NCBI GenBank assembly: GCA_036652495.1
Contig: JAVVVS010000001.1
Span: 76,240-140,239, forward strand
Reading direction: 5' to 3'
Length of the DNA: 64,000 bases
From: Bacteroides sp.
GTDB lineage: Bacteria > Bacteroidota > Bacteroidia > Bacteroidales > Bacteroidaceae
Positions 39,564 to 49,522 of this stretch are shown here, piece after piece. Within the stretch, counting starts at the first letter, position 1, and every line of letters starts with the position of its first letter. The position numbers were made by a program, and so were the translations under genes. Below the pieces are notes generated by a model, which was given only the letters and a program-made list of their open reading frames with translations, was not told the DNA's origin and did no database searches.

Positions 39564-42500
39564 CTAGAATGAAGAATACGAATACAGTTCCACCTCGAAG
39601 CTAGCTGCATCTTTACAGATGAATTGCAGCACGGTTTGCTTCTTATCTCTCGAAAGCACATGACAGGCGGGCGACTCTTCCACCTGCCACAACCCGAGCA
39701 AGGTGAGGGTGACGGGGATTTCACCACTATCGTTCCCTATCCAGGGGCGGGAGTAGATGCTGCGCTCGGTGCGAAGCCCGTTTGCGTCCAGCGCCTCATC
39801 ACTGGCACCGCGGTAGAGCGCCAAGTCCGGCTGGGCAACGGTGAGCACCACCTTCGCCTCCTCCCGACGCACCATCACCAGACAAGCCGTATCAGCTTTC
39901 TGCAATAACCCGTCGGGCAAAGCAGTACGGGGCGTTTCAAAGAGCACATACGAAGTCACGGGTTCCGCCAGCGACTGTACGATGTGGGCATTACGGTCCT
40001 TCTGCAACACTTTGTAACCGGGTTTGCGGGCAAAATTCTTCAACAGATCCGCCGAAGTTTGCGGTAAGAGCGCGTACTCGTAGGTAGCGCCCTTAGGGGC
40101 TTTCCCGTGGTCGATCACCAGCGACACCCAATCACCGGAGTTCGGCTGATCGGTCTCTTCGTCCACCGACTGCTGGGGGAAATTCTTCTCCAAGCGGGCA
40201 GTGACAGGCACATAATAGCCGGTGCCGAGGGGATCCATCCAAGTCTTATCTTCACCTGAATAGTTCTCCCAATAAGCGCGTGCGGAAGCATCGGCAGCGG
40301 AGAGCTGAAAGACGGTCGTTTCGGTGGGGTAATGGCTGTTTGTGTTTTCGATGTCCGAACCCAGGCAGACAATTGTGCTTCCTATAAAGTGATAAGACTT
40401 GCGGGCGCGGTGAGAGCCGTTGTATTTATCGTGTTCGTGCAGCTTCATGCCGAAGTTTCCGTTGGTGTGCTGCTGTGAAAGTCCGCCGGCAAAGGCTTCG
40501 TCGGAGTAAAGCATTTCCTCAATACCGGAGAAGGCATCCACGTTGCGTATCCGTGCGCGGAGCTGGTCATAGGGCAGATGGATGGAGGTAACGCCGGGGA
40601 TGCGGTTCCAGTCGAAGCCTGCCGTTTGGAAGCCGCTGGTGGCAGGCGTCACCGTCCGTCCCGGAGCAGCCGTCAGCAGCTGCAAGCTTCCATGCGCCAG
40701 ATAGCGCCCGTAGAGGTTGGCACCCAGATAGTGCTCCGCCGCCCAAAGGTAACGCGAGTGTCCGCGCGCCACGGCAGCCCAATTGCTGCGGCGTTGCACG
40801 GAGACGCATCCATAACCCAGCGCAAGGTTGCCTTGCGGATCGGACTCGGCACGGAAGCCCGCCCGAATGAGTACATCCATCACCTTGCGCTCTTCTGCCT
40901 TAAAGACCACGGGCATGTATTCTTCCGCCTTACTTTCTTCCGCCGTGGCAGAGACAAACCTCAGATAGGCTGCTGCCATCTCGGGGTCGAAGGCTTTATG
41001 CCCGTCGGGCGTGCCAGCCAAAGCCATCAAGCCGTATTGCAGGGGAATGAGTTTGCCCTTCCCGTCGGGATGGCGTCCGGACATAGCGAGGGGGAAGTAC
41101 TCTTTATTGCAATAGAAGCGCATTGTGAGTAGCACGTTCTTCACCGTCCGGTGAGCCAACGGGGAGACGGCAAAGCCGGTACGGCTCAAAAGATAAATCA
41201 TGCGGGTAGCACCGTCCAGCCCACCCACCGCATAAGCGGGGTAGTTGTTGCGGTGGTGGAAGGCTCCGCCATCTTTCTTGAAAGCGCCGGAGAGTCCGAG
41301 CGCCGGCAGGCAGCCGTTATCTATCCAGCGAACAAACGACTGGAGGTATTGCAGTTTCTCCGGCGAGTCTTCCATCATCAGGATGGAGGTGATGCGCCCG
41401 GTAGCCACGGTGTTGAAGGCATCCATATCGATACCCCGTTCCACTGGCTTCTCGAAAACTTCGTTAGTGATGGCGTACCAAAGCAGGGTGCGTTCGGCTT
41501 CGTTGAGCTTTCCCGCCTCGGTGAGTACTTCCTTCATCAGGAAGTAGGCAGCATACAGGTTGCGAAAACTGTAGCCGTAGTGGGTGAAGTTGCCCCAGCA
41601 GCTGCCGTATGCCACGCCCTGATCGGTGATGTGGGCATACATGGCAAGGAACAGCTGCTTGAGTTCGGCTTTCACGCTGGGCAGTTCAGCTTTGTTATAC
41701 GCGATGGCGAGGCGGAGCATCAGGTCGAAATACGCCTTCACTTCCATGCCCTGTTCGTTCATCAAGTCTTTGCTCCAGTTAGGCAGCAGGCGCTCGTAGG
41801 CCTCGGGAGCACGGGCAAAGAAAATGGGTAGTCCGCTCACCTGTCCGTTTTTACAGATGATGCCGTAGCGGGCATACGCCTTGCGGAGGTCGGCAAGAGC
41901 TTTTTCGGTAAGATTTCCGGGGGTAAAGAGCTGGTCGTGCAGGCGCTGCTCGATGAGTTGCATCTCTTGTTTTTGTTGGGGGGTAACGGATGTCAGGGCA
42001 ATGTACGGTTTCAGCAACGAATGCTTGTACACTACAAGCCAATGGCTGTCGGTAGCTGCATTCACAAAGGGCACTTGTACGTCGGGCGTTTGATGACGGT
42101 GATCAGTCTTGGCGGCGGTGAGCAGATGGTCGATGAAAAGTTCGCCTTTTACGTCGGGTGCGAGGATGCGGAGCTCGTTCATCCCCTCTTGGGGCGTACC
42201 TTGCATGTCGCGCTCATAACACACCCAAGCAGCTCGCCATCCGCGAAAATTGATGCCGAAGGGGAAGGAGGTACACAACTTCCCGTCTTTGAGGAACTCA
42301 AACCAAACGGTTTTGTCCTGCGGTTGTGCGTTGTACACCCACACCACAAAGGTAGAAAGGTAAAGGTCTTTCCCCGTAGAGTCTTTAGGTTCAAAGTGCA
42401 AATCTTTCTTCACGCTCAGCACTGCACCAGGCTCAAAGCTCCATTGCAAAGCGTGCGTGCCGTCTTTATAGTGTTGAGCAGAGACGGCAAGTTTTGACGC

Positions 42501-42641
42501 TTCCCCGCTGATGAAGTCCGGCACCTGCGCCTCTTCAAACGAGAGCAGCCGTTCGTGTTTTACTATTTGTGCCGAGAGGGTGGCACCGTCTAGGAAGATG
42601 CAGCAAGCCACTGCAACAAATTTCAGAATGTTCTTTTTCAT
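39564..42641 (-). CDS. Polysaccharide lyase family 8, chondroitin sulfate ABC lyase (BT3324-like)
   Basis: Signal peptide MKKNILKF..., Lyase_N ([11 protein letters not shown]), catalytic region [13 protein letters not shown] and [17 protein letters not shown]. Start at 42641. Confidence 0.92.
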   Translation of the reverse strand: MKKNILKFVAVACCIFLDGATLSAQIVKHERLLSFEEAQVPDFISGEASKLAVSAQHYKDGTHALQWSFEPGAVLSVKKDLHFEPKDSTGKDLYLSTFVVWVYNAQPQDKTVWFEFLKDGKLCTSFPFGINFRGWRAAWVCYERDMQGTPQEGMNELRILAPDVKGELFIDHLLTAAKTDHRHQTPDVQVPFVNAATDSHWLVVYKHSLLKPYIALTSVTPQQKQEMQLIEQRLHDQLFTPGNLTEKALADLRKAYARYGIICKNGQVSGLPIFFARAPEAYERLLPNWSKDLMNEQGMEVKAYFDLMLRLAIAYNKAELPSVKAELKQLFLAMYAHITDQGVAYGSCWGNFTHYGYSFRNLYAAYFLMKEVLTEAGKLNEAERTLLWYAITNEVFEKPVERGIDMDAFNTVATGRITSILMMEDSPEKLQYLQSFVRWIDNGCLPALGLSGAFKKDGGAFHHRNNYPAYAVGGLDGATRMIYLLSRTGFAVSPLAHRTVKNVLLTMRFYCNKEYFPLAMSGRHPDGKGKLIPLQYGLMALAGTPDGHKAFDPEMAAAYLRFVSATAEESKAEEYMPVVFKAEERKVMDVLIRAGFRAESDPQGNLALGYGCVSVQRRSNWAAVARGHSRYLWAAEHYLGANLYGRYLAHGSLQLLTAAPGRTVTPATSGFQTAGFDWNRIPGVTSIHLPYDQLRARIRNVDAFSGIEEMLYSDEAFAGGLSQQHTNGNFGMKLHEHDKYNGSHRARKSYHFIGSTIVCLGSDIENTNSHYPTETTVFQLSAADASARAYWENYSGEDKTWMDPLGTGYYVPVTARLEKNFPQQSVDEETDQPNSGDWVSLVIDHGKAPKGATYEYALLPQTSADLLKNFARKPGYKVLQKDRNAHIVQSLAEPVTSYVLFETPRTALPDGLLQKADTACLVMVRREEAKVVLTVAQPDLALYRGASDEALDANGLRTERSIYSRPWIGNDSGEIPVTLTLLGLWQVEESPACHVLSRDKKQTVLQFICKDAASFEVELYSYSSF

Positions 42642-42682
42642 TTCTGTTCGATTCAGGGTATTCGTTCTAATGCCTACAAAGA

Positions 42683-42710
42683 AACGCCTCTTTCGGGAGA
42701 AAGAGGCGTT
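42683..42710 (-). terminator. Terminator of the DUF4348-like gene, overlapping the lyase promoter region
   Basis: AACGCCTCTTTC-N4-GAAAGAGGCGTT, followed by TCTTTG on the minus strand. Confidence 0.7.
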
Positions 42711-42779
42711 CAAATCGTACAGAAATAGTATAATTGCGTGTTATACCTACGCATCCGCACCAAACGATACGGGAAAGCT

Positions 42780-43343
42780 TTACGGATGTATCTCCTTGAA
42801 GGTGCTGTTCTCTTCCTGCACTTGCTGGATGGTCTGCTTTAAGTCGCCAATGGGCAAATCGAAACCATACCAGCCGCTGTAGCAGTCGGTGACGTACCAT
42901 TTGCCGTCCGCCAACAGTTCGAACTCCACACGAAGATCGATTTCCGACTCTTCATAGCCCGCTTCAAACTCTTTGTGCTTAGGCTCATTGAGGGTGAACT
43001 TGGAGACGTAGATGCCGCCCTCATCTTGGTTGATGCGCTCTTCCTTCAAAGTTTCAGCATCGATCAAAGGCCATTTCTCTTTGGTAAAGGGGAAGGTTTT
43101 CTCACTGTTGCCGTCGTCGGTCATCAAAGTGATGGGCGTTTTCAACGGGAACTTGACTCGCGTGAGCTGAAACGCCGCACTAGAAGTGAACTTCTGCAGA
43201 AACGTCTGGAAGTCCTCTTCTCCCGCTTGGGAGGTTTCAGCACTCTCGGCTTTCGCCTTCGAACTGTTGCCGCAGGAGATCAACGAGATACCCGCCAGCA
43301 ACGTTGTAATAAACAGACAGAACACAAATCTTTTTGCTCTCAT
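42780..43343 (-). CDS. DUF4348-like lipoprotein
   Basis: Lipobox LISC; EDFQTFLQKFTSSAAFQLTRVKFPL and GKWYV motifs. -7 box TATATTTG at 43381-43388 on the minus strand. Confidence 0.75.
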   Translation of the reverse strand: MRAKRFVFCLFITTLLAGISLISCGNSSKAKAESAETSQAGEEDFQTFLQKFTSSAAFQLTRVKFPLKTPITLMTDDGNSEKTFPFTKEKWPLIDAETLKEERINQDEGGIYVSKFTLNEPKHKEFEAGYEESEIDLRVEFELLADGKWYVTDCYSGWYGFDLPIGDLKQTIQQVQEENSTFKEIHP

Positions 43344-43423
43344 AATCTATTCGTTTTTTAGTGAACTGCATTTCAGCGCGCAAATATACTATATCTTCCT
43401 AATATGCAAACGAAAAGAGGAAA

Positions 43424-44692
43424 TTATTTGCTGCGCAGGTATTCATATCCGAAGCGGCAATAAAGGCATTTCTTTTTGTCGCAATATTCCTTCTGCAATT
43501 GTAACAAGGCTTGCGAGTCGGCAGCCGTCTCTACAGGCAGCCCACAAGCATACCAGCGACGGGTGACGTAATTATTTTCTGCCCGCAGCTCTTCAAGAAA
43601 ACGCGTGGCACGGTCGCACAATCGTTCGTCGGCTTTATGTACGCCGTAAGCGTAAAGCAAAGGTGCAACGGTATTGATGAGGATGAGTTGCAGCGAGCTG
43701 TATCCCACCGTCTTCTCCCTGTGAGGCGAAGCTTTGCTGAAGTGGAAGTGGTCTTCCCAATACGCTGAAGTGCGGGTAGAAAGCATTTGCCCCACCTGCT
43801 TCAAAGTTTCTGCTTCGAGCATGCGTGAAAAGAGCGACTGCTCGTGATGATAAAGATAAGCCAGCTGCGCCAAACGTACATGCGGGAAGTTATCGGGACG
43901 GATGCGTAGGAAGCGCCACAGCGTTGCATCCATAGGAGGTGTAAGTTCAAACTTGTGCTGTAAATAACGGAACTCTTTCTGGAGCTGCTGGTAATAGGTG
44001 TCAGCACCCTCGTCTTCGAGCAATCCCGCTTGACCAAAGAAGAAGGCTTCTACCTGAAAGAGATTGTCACGATGCTTGTCTACCGCCCGGAAAGGGAGCT
44101 GACCCGCCCACGTTTCAAACGCATCTCCGTTAAGCCCGAAGCCGAAGTTCCGGGCGAGGGTAAGAAAGAAAACATCTTCCCAATGATTGTCGCAACGCTT
44201 CAAACGGGCAAGTATGGCTTCATTTTTCTGTATCAAGCGTTCGGTTTGCAAAGCAGTAAGCCAAGCATGAACGGTCAGCTTGGGCAGCTGGTTCAGGATG
44301 GAAACACAAGGCGGATGATTGTCTGCTTGCTGAAGGGCTGCATAATGCGTCCGCACATGTTCGGGGCAGACAAGAAGGAGCTGCGGAATTGATTCGCCCG
44401 AAGTGCGGGCTATGTCGGCATCTATCTGCCCGCAAACGTGCAAAATCACGGAGTCGTAAGCTTTGTCTTTGTCGTGTTCATGGCGGTACCAGTCCGATGC
44501 AAGGGTATGAATTTCAACGTTTCCCACCCAGAGAGTACCGTCTATTTTCAGTTTGGCGTTAAAGAAATCCGGACCAGCATGTGGATTGGGCAGTCCGGGG
44601 TCAATTACTTCTACCGGAAGACCTGTAGTGGTTTGCAAGGCCTTCAGCGGGAATATTTTGTGTTTCCACACATAGTGCAAGAGCTGTTCCAT
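43424..44692 (-). CDS. DUF2851 family protein
   Basis: MEQLLHYVWK, AGPDFFNA, GNVEIH, RPDNFP, C-terminal CDKKKCLYCRFG. Confidence 0.88.
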   Translation of the reverse strand: MEQLLHYVWKHKIFPLKALQTTTGLPVEVIDPGLPNPHAGPDFFNAKLKIDGTLWVGNVEIHTLASDWYRHEHDKDKAYDSVILHVCGQIDADIARTSGESIPQLLLVCPEHVRTHYAALQQADNHPPCVSILNQLPKLTVHAWLTALQTERLIQKNEAILARLKRCDNHWEDVFFLTLARNFGFGLNGDAFETWAGQLPFRAVDKHRDNLFQVEAFFFGQAGLLEDEGADTYYQQLQKEFRYLQHKFELTPPMDATLWRFLRIRPDNFPHVRLAQLAYLYHHEQSLFSRMLEAETLKQVGQMLSTRTSAYWEDHFHFSKASPHREKTVGYSSLQLILINTVAPLLYAYGVHKADERLCDRATRFLEELRAENNYVTRRWYACGLPVETAADSQALLQLQKEYCDKKKCLYCRFGYEYLRSK

Positions 44693-44717
44693 GTTAACGA
44701 GACGTTAATGTGCGCAA

Positions 44718-44743
44718 CAAATGTAATAATAATACTATCTTTG
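44718..44743. promoter_or_regulatory. Back-to-back -7 boxes for DUF2851 (-) and dapB (+)
   Basis: TACATTTG on the minus strand (44718-44725) and TATCTTTG on the plus strand (44736-44743). Confidence 0.6.
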
Positions 44744-44776
44744 CGACTATTATTTCGAATATAAGTTAGCAAAACA

Positions 44777-45523
44777 ATGAAAATAGCATTAATCGGTTAT
44801 GGTAAAATGGGCAAGGAGATTGAAAAGGTTGCCCTGAGTCGCGGACACAAGATTGTCTGCATCATCGACGTGAATAATCAGGAAGACTTCTGTTCTACTG
44901 CCTTCCAATCGGCAGACGTAGCCATCGAGTTCACCAATCCGTCGGTGGCGTACCAGAACTACAAGAAAACGTTCGATGCCGGCGTGAAACTTGTTTCGGG
45001 CAGCACCGGATGGATGGCGAGACATGGCGACGAAATTAAACAGCTATGCACAGAAGGGGGGAAGACGCTCTTTTGGTCGTCGAACTTCAGCTTGGGCGTA
45101 GCCATCTTCTCTGCAGTGAACAAATATCTGGCAAAGATTATGAATCAGTTTCCCGCCTACGACGTCGCAATGAGCGAGACTCACCACATCCATAAGCTCG
45201 ATGCTCCCAGCGGAACAGCCATTACACTGGCAGAAGGGCTGCTAGAGAATCTTGACCGGAAAGACAAATGGGTGAAAGAAGAAGCGAAGACAAGCAACGA
45301 ACTCGCCATCCACTCCATCCGCGAAGGCGAAGTATTCGGCATTCATTCCATCCGCTACGACTCCAACGCCGACAGCATCACCCTCACCCACGATGCAAAA
45401 AACCGCGGCGGATTTGCGCTGGGTGCCGTGCTAGCGGCCGAATACACCGCAAGCACGCAAGGCTATCTGGGCATGAACGACCTGTTCCCCTTCTTGAACG
45501 TTGAAGCATCTTCTAACCTATAA
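44777..45523 (+). CDS. dapB: 4-hydroxy-tetrahydrodipicolinate reductase
   Basis: GYGKMG, GSTGW, SNFSLGV, ETHHIHKLDAPSGTA, GFALGA. Confidence 0.96.
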   Translation: MKIALIGYGKMGKEIEKVALSRGHKIVCIIDVNNQEDFCSTAFQSADVAIEFTNPSVAYQNYKKTFDAGVKLVSGSTGWMARHGDEIKQLCTEGGKTLFWSSNFSLGVAIFSAVNKYLAKIMNQFPAYDVAMSETHHIHKLDAPSGTAITLAEGLLENLDRKDKWVKEEAKTSNELAIHSIREGEVFGIHSIRYDSNADSITLTHDAKNRGGFALGAVLAAEYTASTQGYLGMNDLFPFLNVEASSNL

Positions 45524-45536
45524 CAACTACAACAAT

Positions 45537-47021
45537 ATGAGAAAAGCAACCCGCACGCAATGGATTAAATGTGTCATTGTTCTCGTTCTGTATCTGGCCT
45601 TCCTCGTTTGGGTGAAAAGCTGGTTGGGACTACTTGTGATTCCTTTCATCTTCGACATTTATATTACGAAACTTATCCCGTGGTCGTTCTGGAAGAAGTC
45701 CGAAAACATAGTTGTCCGCAATGTCATGAGCTGGATAGACGCCATCGTTTTTGCGCTGATAGCCGTTTACTTCGTCAACATCTATGTGTTTCAGAACTAC
45801 CAGATACCCTCTTCATCCTTAGAAAAGTCCATGCTGGTAGGCGATTTTCTGTACGTCAGCAAGATGAGCTACGGTCCGCGCGTGCCAAACACACCGCTCT
45901 CAATGCCTTTGGCACAACACACGTTGCCCGTCTTCAATACCAAATCGTACTTGGAATGGCCGCAATGGAAGTACAAACGTGTTCCGGGATTCGGCAAAGT
46001 GAAGCGCAACGACATTGTGGTGTTCAACTTCCCTGCAGGAGACACCGTGGCGCTGAACAATCAAAAAGATGATTTCTACTCCATCGCTTATGCAGAGGGG
46101 CAAAGTCTGTATCCCGGAAAAGTGGATATGGACAGTCTGACTCGCGCGCAGCAGCGTACGGTGTACGAACTTTATTACAACGCCGGGCGCAAGCAGGTGC
46201 TCGCTAATCCCAAAGAGTTTGGTGAAGTCATTTTCCGTCCTGTAGACCGCCGGGAGAATTACGTGAAACGTTGCGTCGGCTTGCCGGGCGATACGCTACA
46301 GATTATCGGCGGACAAGTGATGATTGACGGCAAAGCTTCCGAAAACCCGGAGAACTTGCAGTTCAACTACTTTGTACAAACCACCGGTTCTTTCATCCCC
46401 GACGAACTCTTCCGCGAACTGGACATCAGCAAAGACGACCAAATGCTGATGACCGACAGCCAGGGATGGGAAAACGGACTGCTGGAAATGGGACTGGAGA
46501 GCCGCAATGCACAGGGCGCCCTGAACCCCGTGTATCACCTGCCTCTGACTAAAAAGATGCTCAATGCCCTCAACGGGAACAAACGCCTTATCAGCAAAAT
46601 CGTAATGGAACCAGAAGGTTATTCCGGACCGATGTACCCGCTCAACTTGTACACCAAGTGGAACCGGAACAACTACGGTCCTCTCTGGATTCCTGCCAAA
46701 GGAGCCACCATCACGCTGACCGATGACAACCTCCCCCTTTACGAACGTTGCATCCGTGCTTATGAAGGCAACCAACTCGACGTAAAGGCGGACGGCATTT
46801 ACATCAACGGCGTGAAGACCAACAAATATACCTTCCGGATGGATTACTACTGGATGATGGGCGACAACCGGCACAACTCGGCGGACTCCCGTTACTGGGG
46901 CTTCGTCCCCGAAGACCATGTGGTGGGCAAACCACTCGTAGTGTGGCTGTCATTGGATAAAGACCGCGGCTGGTTCGACGGGAAGATTCGTTGGAACCGA
47001 CTCTTTAAGTGGGTAGGATAA
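45537..47021 (+). CDS. lepB: Signal peptidase I, catalytically intact
   Basis: Box B IPSSSL (Ser), box D YVKRCVGLPGD (Lys), box E GDNRHNSADSRYWG. Start at ATG 45537. Confidence 0.95.
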   Translation: MRKATRTQWIKCVIVLVLYLAFLVWVKSWLGLLVIPFIFDIYITKLIPWSFWKKSENIVVRNVMSWIDAIVFALIAVYFVNIYVFQNYQIPSSSLEKSMLVGDFLYVSKMSYGPRVPNTPLSMPLAQHTLPVFNTKSYLEWPQWKYKRVPGFGKVKRNDIVVFNFPAGDTVALNNQKDDFYSIAYAEGQSLYPGKVDMDSLTRAQQRTVYELYYNAGRKQVLANPKEFGEVIFRPVDRRENYVKRCVGLPGDTLQIIGGQVMIDGKASENPENLQFNYFVQTTGSFIPDELFRELDISKDDQMLMTDSQGWENGLLEMGLESRNAQGALNPVYHLPLTKKMLNALNGNKRLISKIVMEPEGYSGPMYPLNLYTKWNRNNYGPLWIPAKGATITLTDDNLPLYERCIRAYEGNQLDVKADGIYINGVKTNKYTFRMDYYWMMGDNRHNSADSRYWGFVPEDHVVGKPLVVWLSLDKDRGWFDGKIRWNRLFKWVG

Positions 47022-47025
47022 CGGC

Positions 47026-47961
47026 ATGAAAAAAGGCTTGAAATGGATATTCGCCCTCTGTGGAGCAACCGTCAGCGTACTGTTGCTTCGCAGCTTTGTA
47101 TTCACTTCTTGCCTCATCCCTTCGGAAGGAATGGAAAACTCCCTTTTCCGCGGCGACCATATCTTGGTCAACAAATGGAGCTACGGGTTGCGGCTGCCTT
47201 GCATGTCCCTCCTCTCCTACCATCGATGGAACAGTCGTGGAGTGAAGAAAGAAGACATCGTACTTTTCAACAATCCCGCCAGCACTTCCCAACCGGTCAT
47301 CGACCGGCGGGAGTTCTTCATCAGCCGCTGCGTGGGCGTACCGGGAGACACACTGTTCATCGACTCCTTGTTCTCCGTACTCTCTGCCGATAGCGAAAAG
47401 AATCCCGATCAAAAAAGATTGTATTACTATCCCCGCGCCAAAGCCACACAACTAGACTCCCTGCTCTCCATCCTCTCTATCGGACATAACCCCGTAATGG
47501 GCCAGCACGATTCAGATTACGTACGCAGTTTCAGCCGCTATGAATATTACCTGATAGAGCAAGCCATGAGCGGCAGCAGCTGGCTCAAGCCCGTTGAACC
47601 GGACGTAGAGAAAGAATCGAAGCCACTCATTGTCCCCGGCAAAGGCAAAGTAATCCGCGTTTATCCTTGGAACCGGACTTTGCTGCGCAACACCCTCGTG
47701 CTGCACGAAGGGCGGCAGGCTGAGATTAAGAACGATACACTCTATGTTGACGGCCGACCGACACTGCACTGCTACTTCACCAAAGATTATTACTGGATGA
47801 GCTCGAATAACTCTATCAACCTGGCGGACTCCCGCCTCTTCGGCTTCGTTCCGCAAGACCACATCATTGGCAAAGCCTCCCTCATCTGGTTCTCTAAAGA
47901 AGGAAACACCGGATGGTTCGGCGGCTATCGCTGGAAACGTTTCTTCCGGCCCATCAAATAA
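47026..47961 (+). CDS. S26 signal peptidase I paralogue lacking catalytic residues (pseudo-peptidase)
   Basis: Boxes recognisable but altered: IPSEGM, FISRCVGVPGD, SSNNSINLADSRLFG. Confidence 0.85.
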   Translation: MKKGLKWIFALCGATVSVLLLRSFVFTSCLIPSEGMENSLFRGDHILVNKWSYGLRLPCMSLLSYHRWNSRGVKKEDIVLFNNPASTSQPVIDRREFFISRCVGVPGDTLFIDSLFSVLSADSEKNPDQKRLYYYPRAKATQLDSLLSILSIGHNPVMGQHDSDYVRSFSRYEYYLIEQAMSGSSWLKPVEPDVEKESKPLIVPGKGKVIRVYPWNRTLLRNTLVLHEGRQAEIKNDTLYVDGRPTLHCYFTKDYYWMSSNNSINLADSRLFGFVPQDHIIGKASLIWFSKEGNTGWFGGYRWKRFFRPIK

Positions 47962-48007
47962 CTCCTCTCTTTCTCACGATTAATCAACCATCATCTTTCA
48001 CCTGCAC

Positions 48008-48625
48008 ATGACTGTTTATCTTTCTTCCGCTTATCTTGCCCCCGTGGAATATTACACCAAACTTAAAGCTTACGACCAAGTCTTTATCGAGCAATACGAC
48101 CATTACCAGAAACAAACCTATCGCAACCGCTGCACCATTGCCGGTCCCGATGGCGAGTTGGCTCTTTCTATCCCCACCGTGAAGCCCGACTACGCCAAAT
48201 GCCCCCTCAAAGACATCCGCATCTCCGACCACGGACACTGGCGCCATCTGCATTGGAACGCCATCGAGTCTGCCTACAACAGCACCCCTTTCTTTGAATA
48301 CTACAAAGACGACTTCCGCCCTTTCTACGAAAAAAGGTACGAGTTCCTCATCGACTTTAACGAAGAGCTTTGCCACCTCGTTTGCCGCCTCATCGATATG
48401 GAGCCTCACCTGAAGCGCACTTCGGAATACAAGACAGACTTCGCCCCGCAAGAAGTTGATCTGCGGGAAGCTATCCATCCAAAAAAGGACTTCCGCCTCA
48501 CCGACCCGGACTTCCATCCCCGCCCCTATTACCAAGTCTTTGAAGCCCGTCATGGCTTCCTGCCCAACCTCAGCATCATCGATTTATTGTTCAATATGGG
48601 ACCGGAAAGCTTGCTGAACCTATAA
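48008..48625 (+). CDS. WbqC-family protein
   Basis: KQTYRNRCTI, SAYNSTPFFEYY, YYQVF, NLSIIDLLFNMGP. Confidence 0.9.
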   Translation: MTVYLSSAYLAPVEYYTKLKAYDQVFIEQYDHYQKQTYRNRCTIAGPDGELALSIPTVKPDYAKCPLKDIRISDHGHWRHLHWNAIESAYNSTPFFEYYKDDFRPFYEKRYEFLIDFNEELCHLVCRLIDMEPHLKRTSEYKTDFAPQEVDLREAIHPKKDFRLTDPDFHPRPYYQVFEARHGFLPNLSIIDLLFNMGPESLLNL

Positions 48626-48695
48626 AATAGACTTATCTTTGCGCCATCCGTGTACGGCAACGAATGTTAATACAACAAACTTAAAGCTTCATTGT

Positions 48696-49508
48696 ATGAC
48701 CCACTTATTCAGCGTAAAAGACAAAGTAGTAGTGATTACCGGAGGAACCGGTGTGCTGGGACGCACCATCGCCCTCCATTTGGCAGCAGAAGGAGCCAAA
48801 GTAGTCATCCTCGGTAGAAAAACAGCCGTAGGCGAGAAAATCGTAGGCGAGATTACTGCCCAAGGAGGCGAAGCCCTGTTCCTGACCACCAACGTGCTCG
48901 ATGCAGCCGTCTTGAAACAAAACTTGACCGACATCCTACAAGCTTACGGACGAGTGGACGCCTTGCTGAATGCCGCCGGCGGAAACATGCCGGGAGCCAC
49001 CATCGCACCTGCGGGCGACTTCTTCGACCTCCGCATAGACGAGTTTCAAAAGGTAGTAGAGCTGAACTTGACCGGAACCTTGCTTCCCACCCAAGTTTTT
49101 TTGCCACCCATGGTGCAACAGAAGAGCGGCGCCATAGTCAACTTCTCGTCGATGGCAGCCTTCCGCCCGCTAAGCCGTATCGCCGGGTACGGGGCAGCCA
49201 AAGCCGGCATCTCCAACTTCACCGCCTTTATGGCGAATGAGATAGCCAAAAAGTTTGGTGAAGGCATCCGCATCAACGCCATCGCTCCCGGATTCTTCCT
49301 CACCGAGCAGAACCGCAGCCTGCTCACCAATCCCGACGGAAGCTACACCGAACGCGGCAAAGACGTCATCCGCCAAACTCCGTTTGGACGCATGGGGCGC
49401 GCCGAAGAACTTTGCGGAACCATTCAGTACTTGATAAGTGACGCCTCTAGCTTCGTCACCGGTACGGTAGCCGTTGTAGACGGCGGATTCAACGTATTTT
49501 CCATGTAA
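48696..49508 (+). CDS. uxuB: SDR oxidoreductase, D-mannonate oxidoreductase
   Basis: [32 protein letters not shown]; directly upstream of uxuA. -7 box TATCTTTG at about 48634-48641. Confidence 0.85.
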   Translation: MTHLFSVKDKVVVITGGTGVLGRTIALHLAAEGAKVVILGRKTAVGEKIVGEITAQGGEALFLTTNVLDAAVLKQNLTDILQAYGRVDALLNAAGGNMPGATIAPAGDFFDLRIDEFQKVVELNLTGTLLPTQVFLPPMVQQKSGAIVNFSSMAAFRPLSRIAGYGAAKAGISNFTAFMANEIAKKFGEGIRINAIAPGFFLTEQNRSLLTNPDGSYTERGKDVIRQTPFGRMGRAEELCGTIQYLISDASSFVTGTVAVVDGGFNVFSM

Positions 49509-49522
49509 ACTCCATTCAACAA

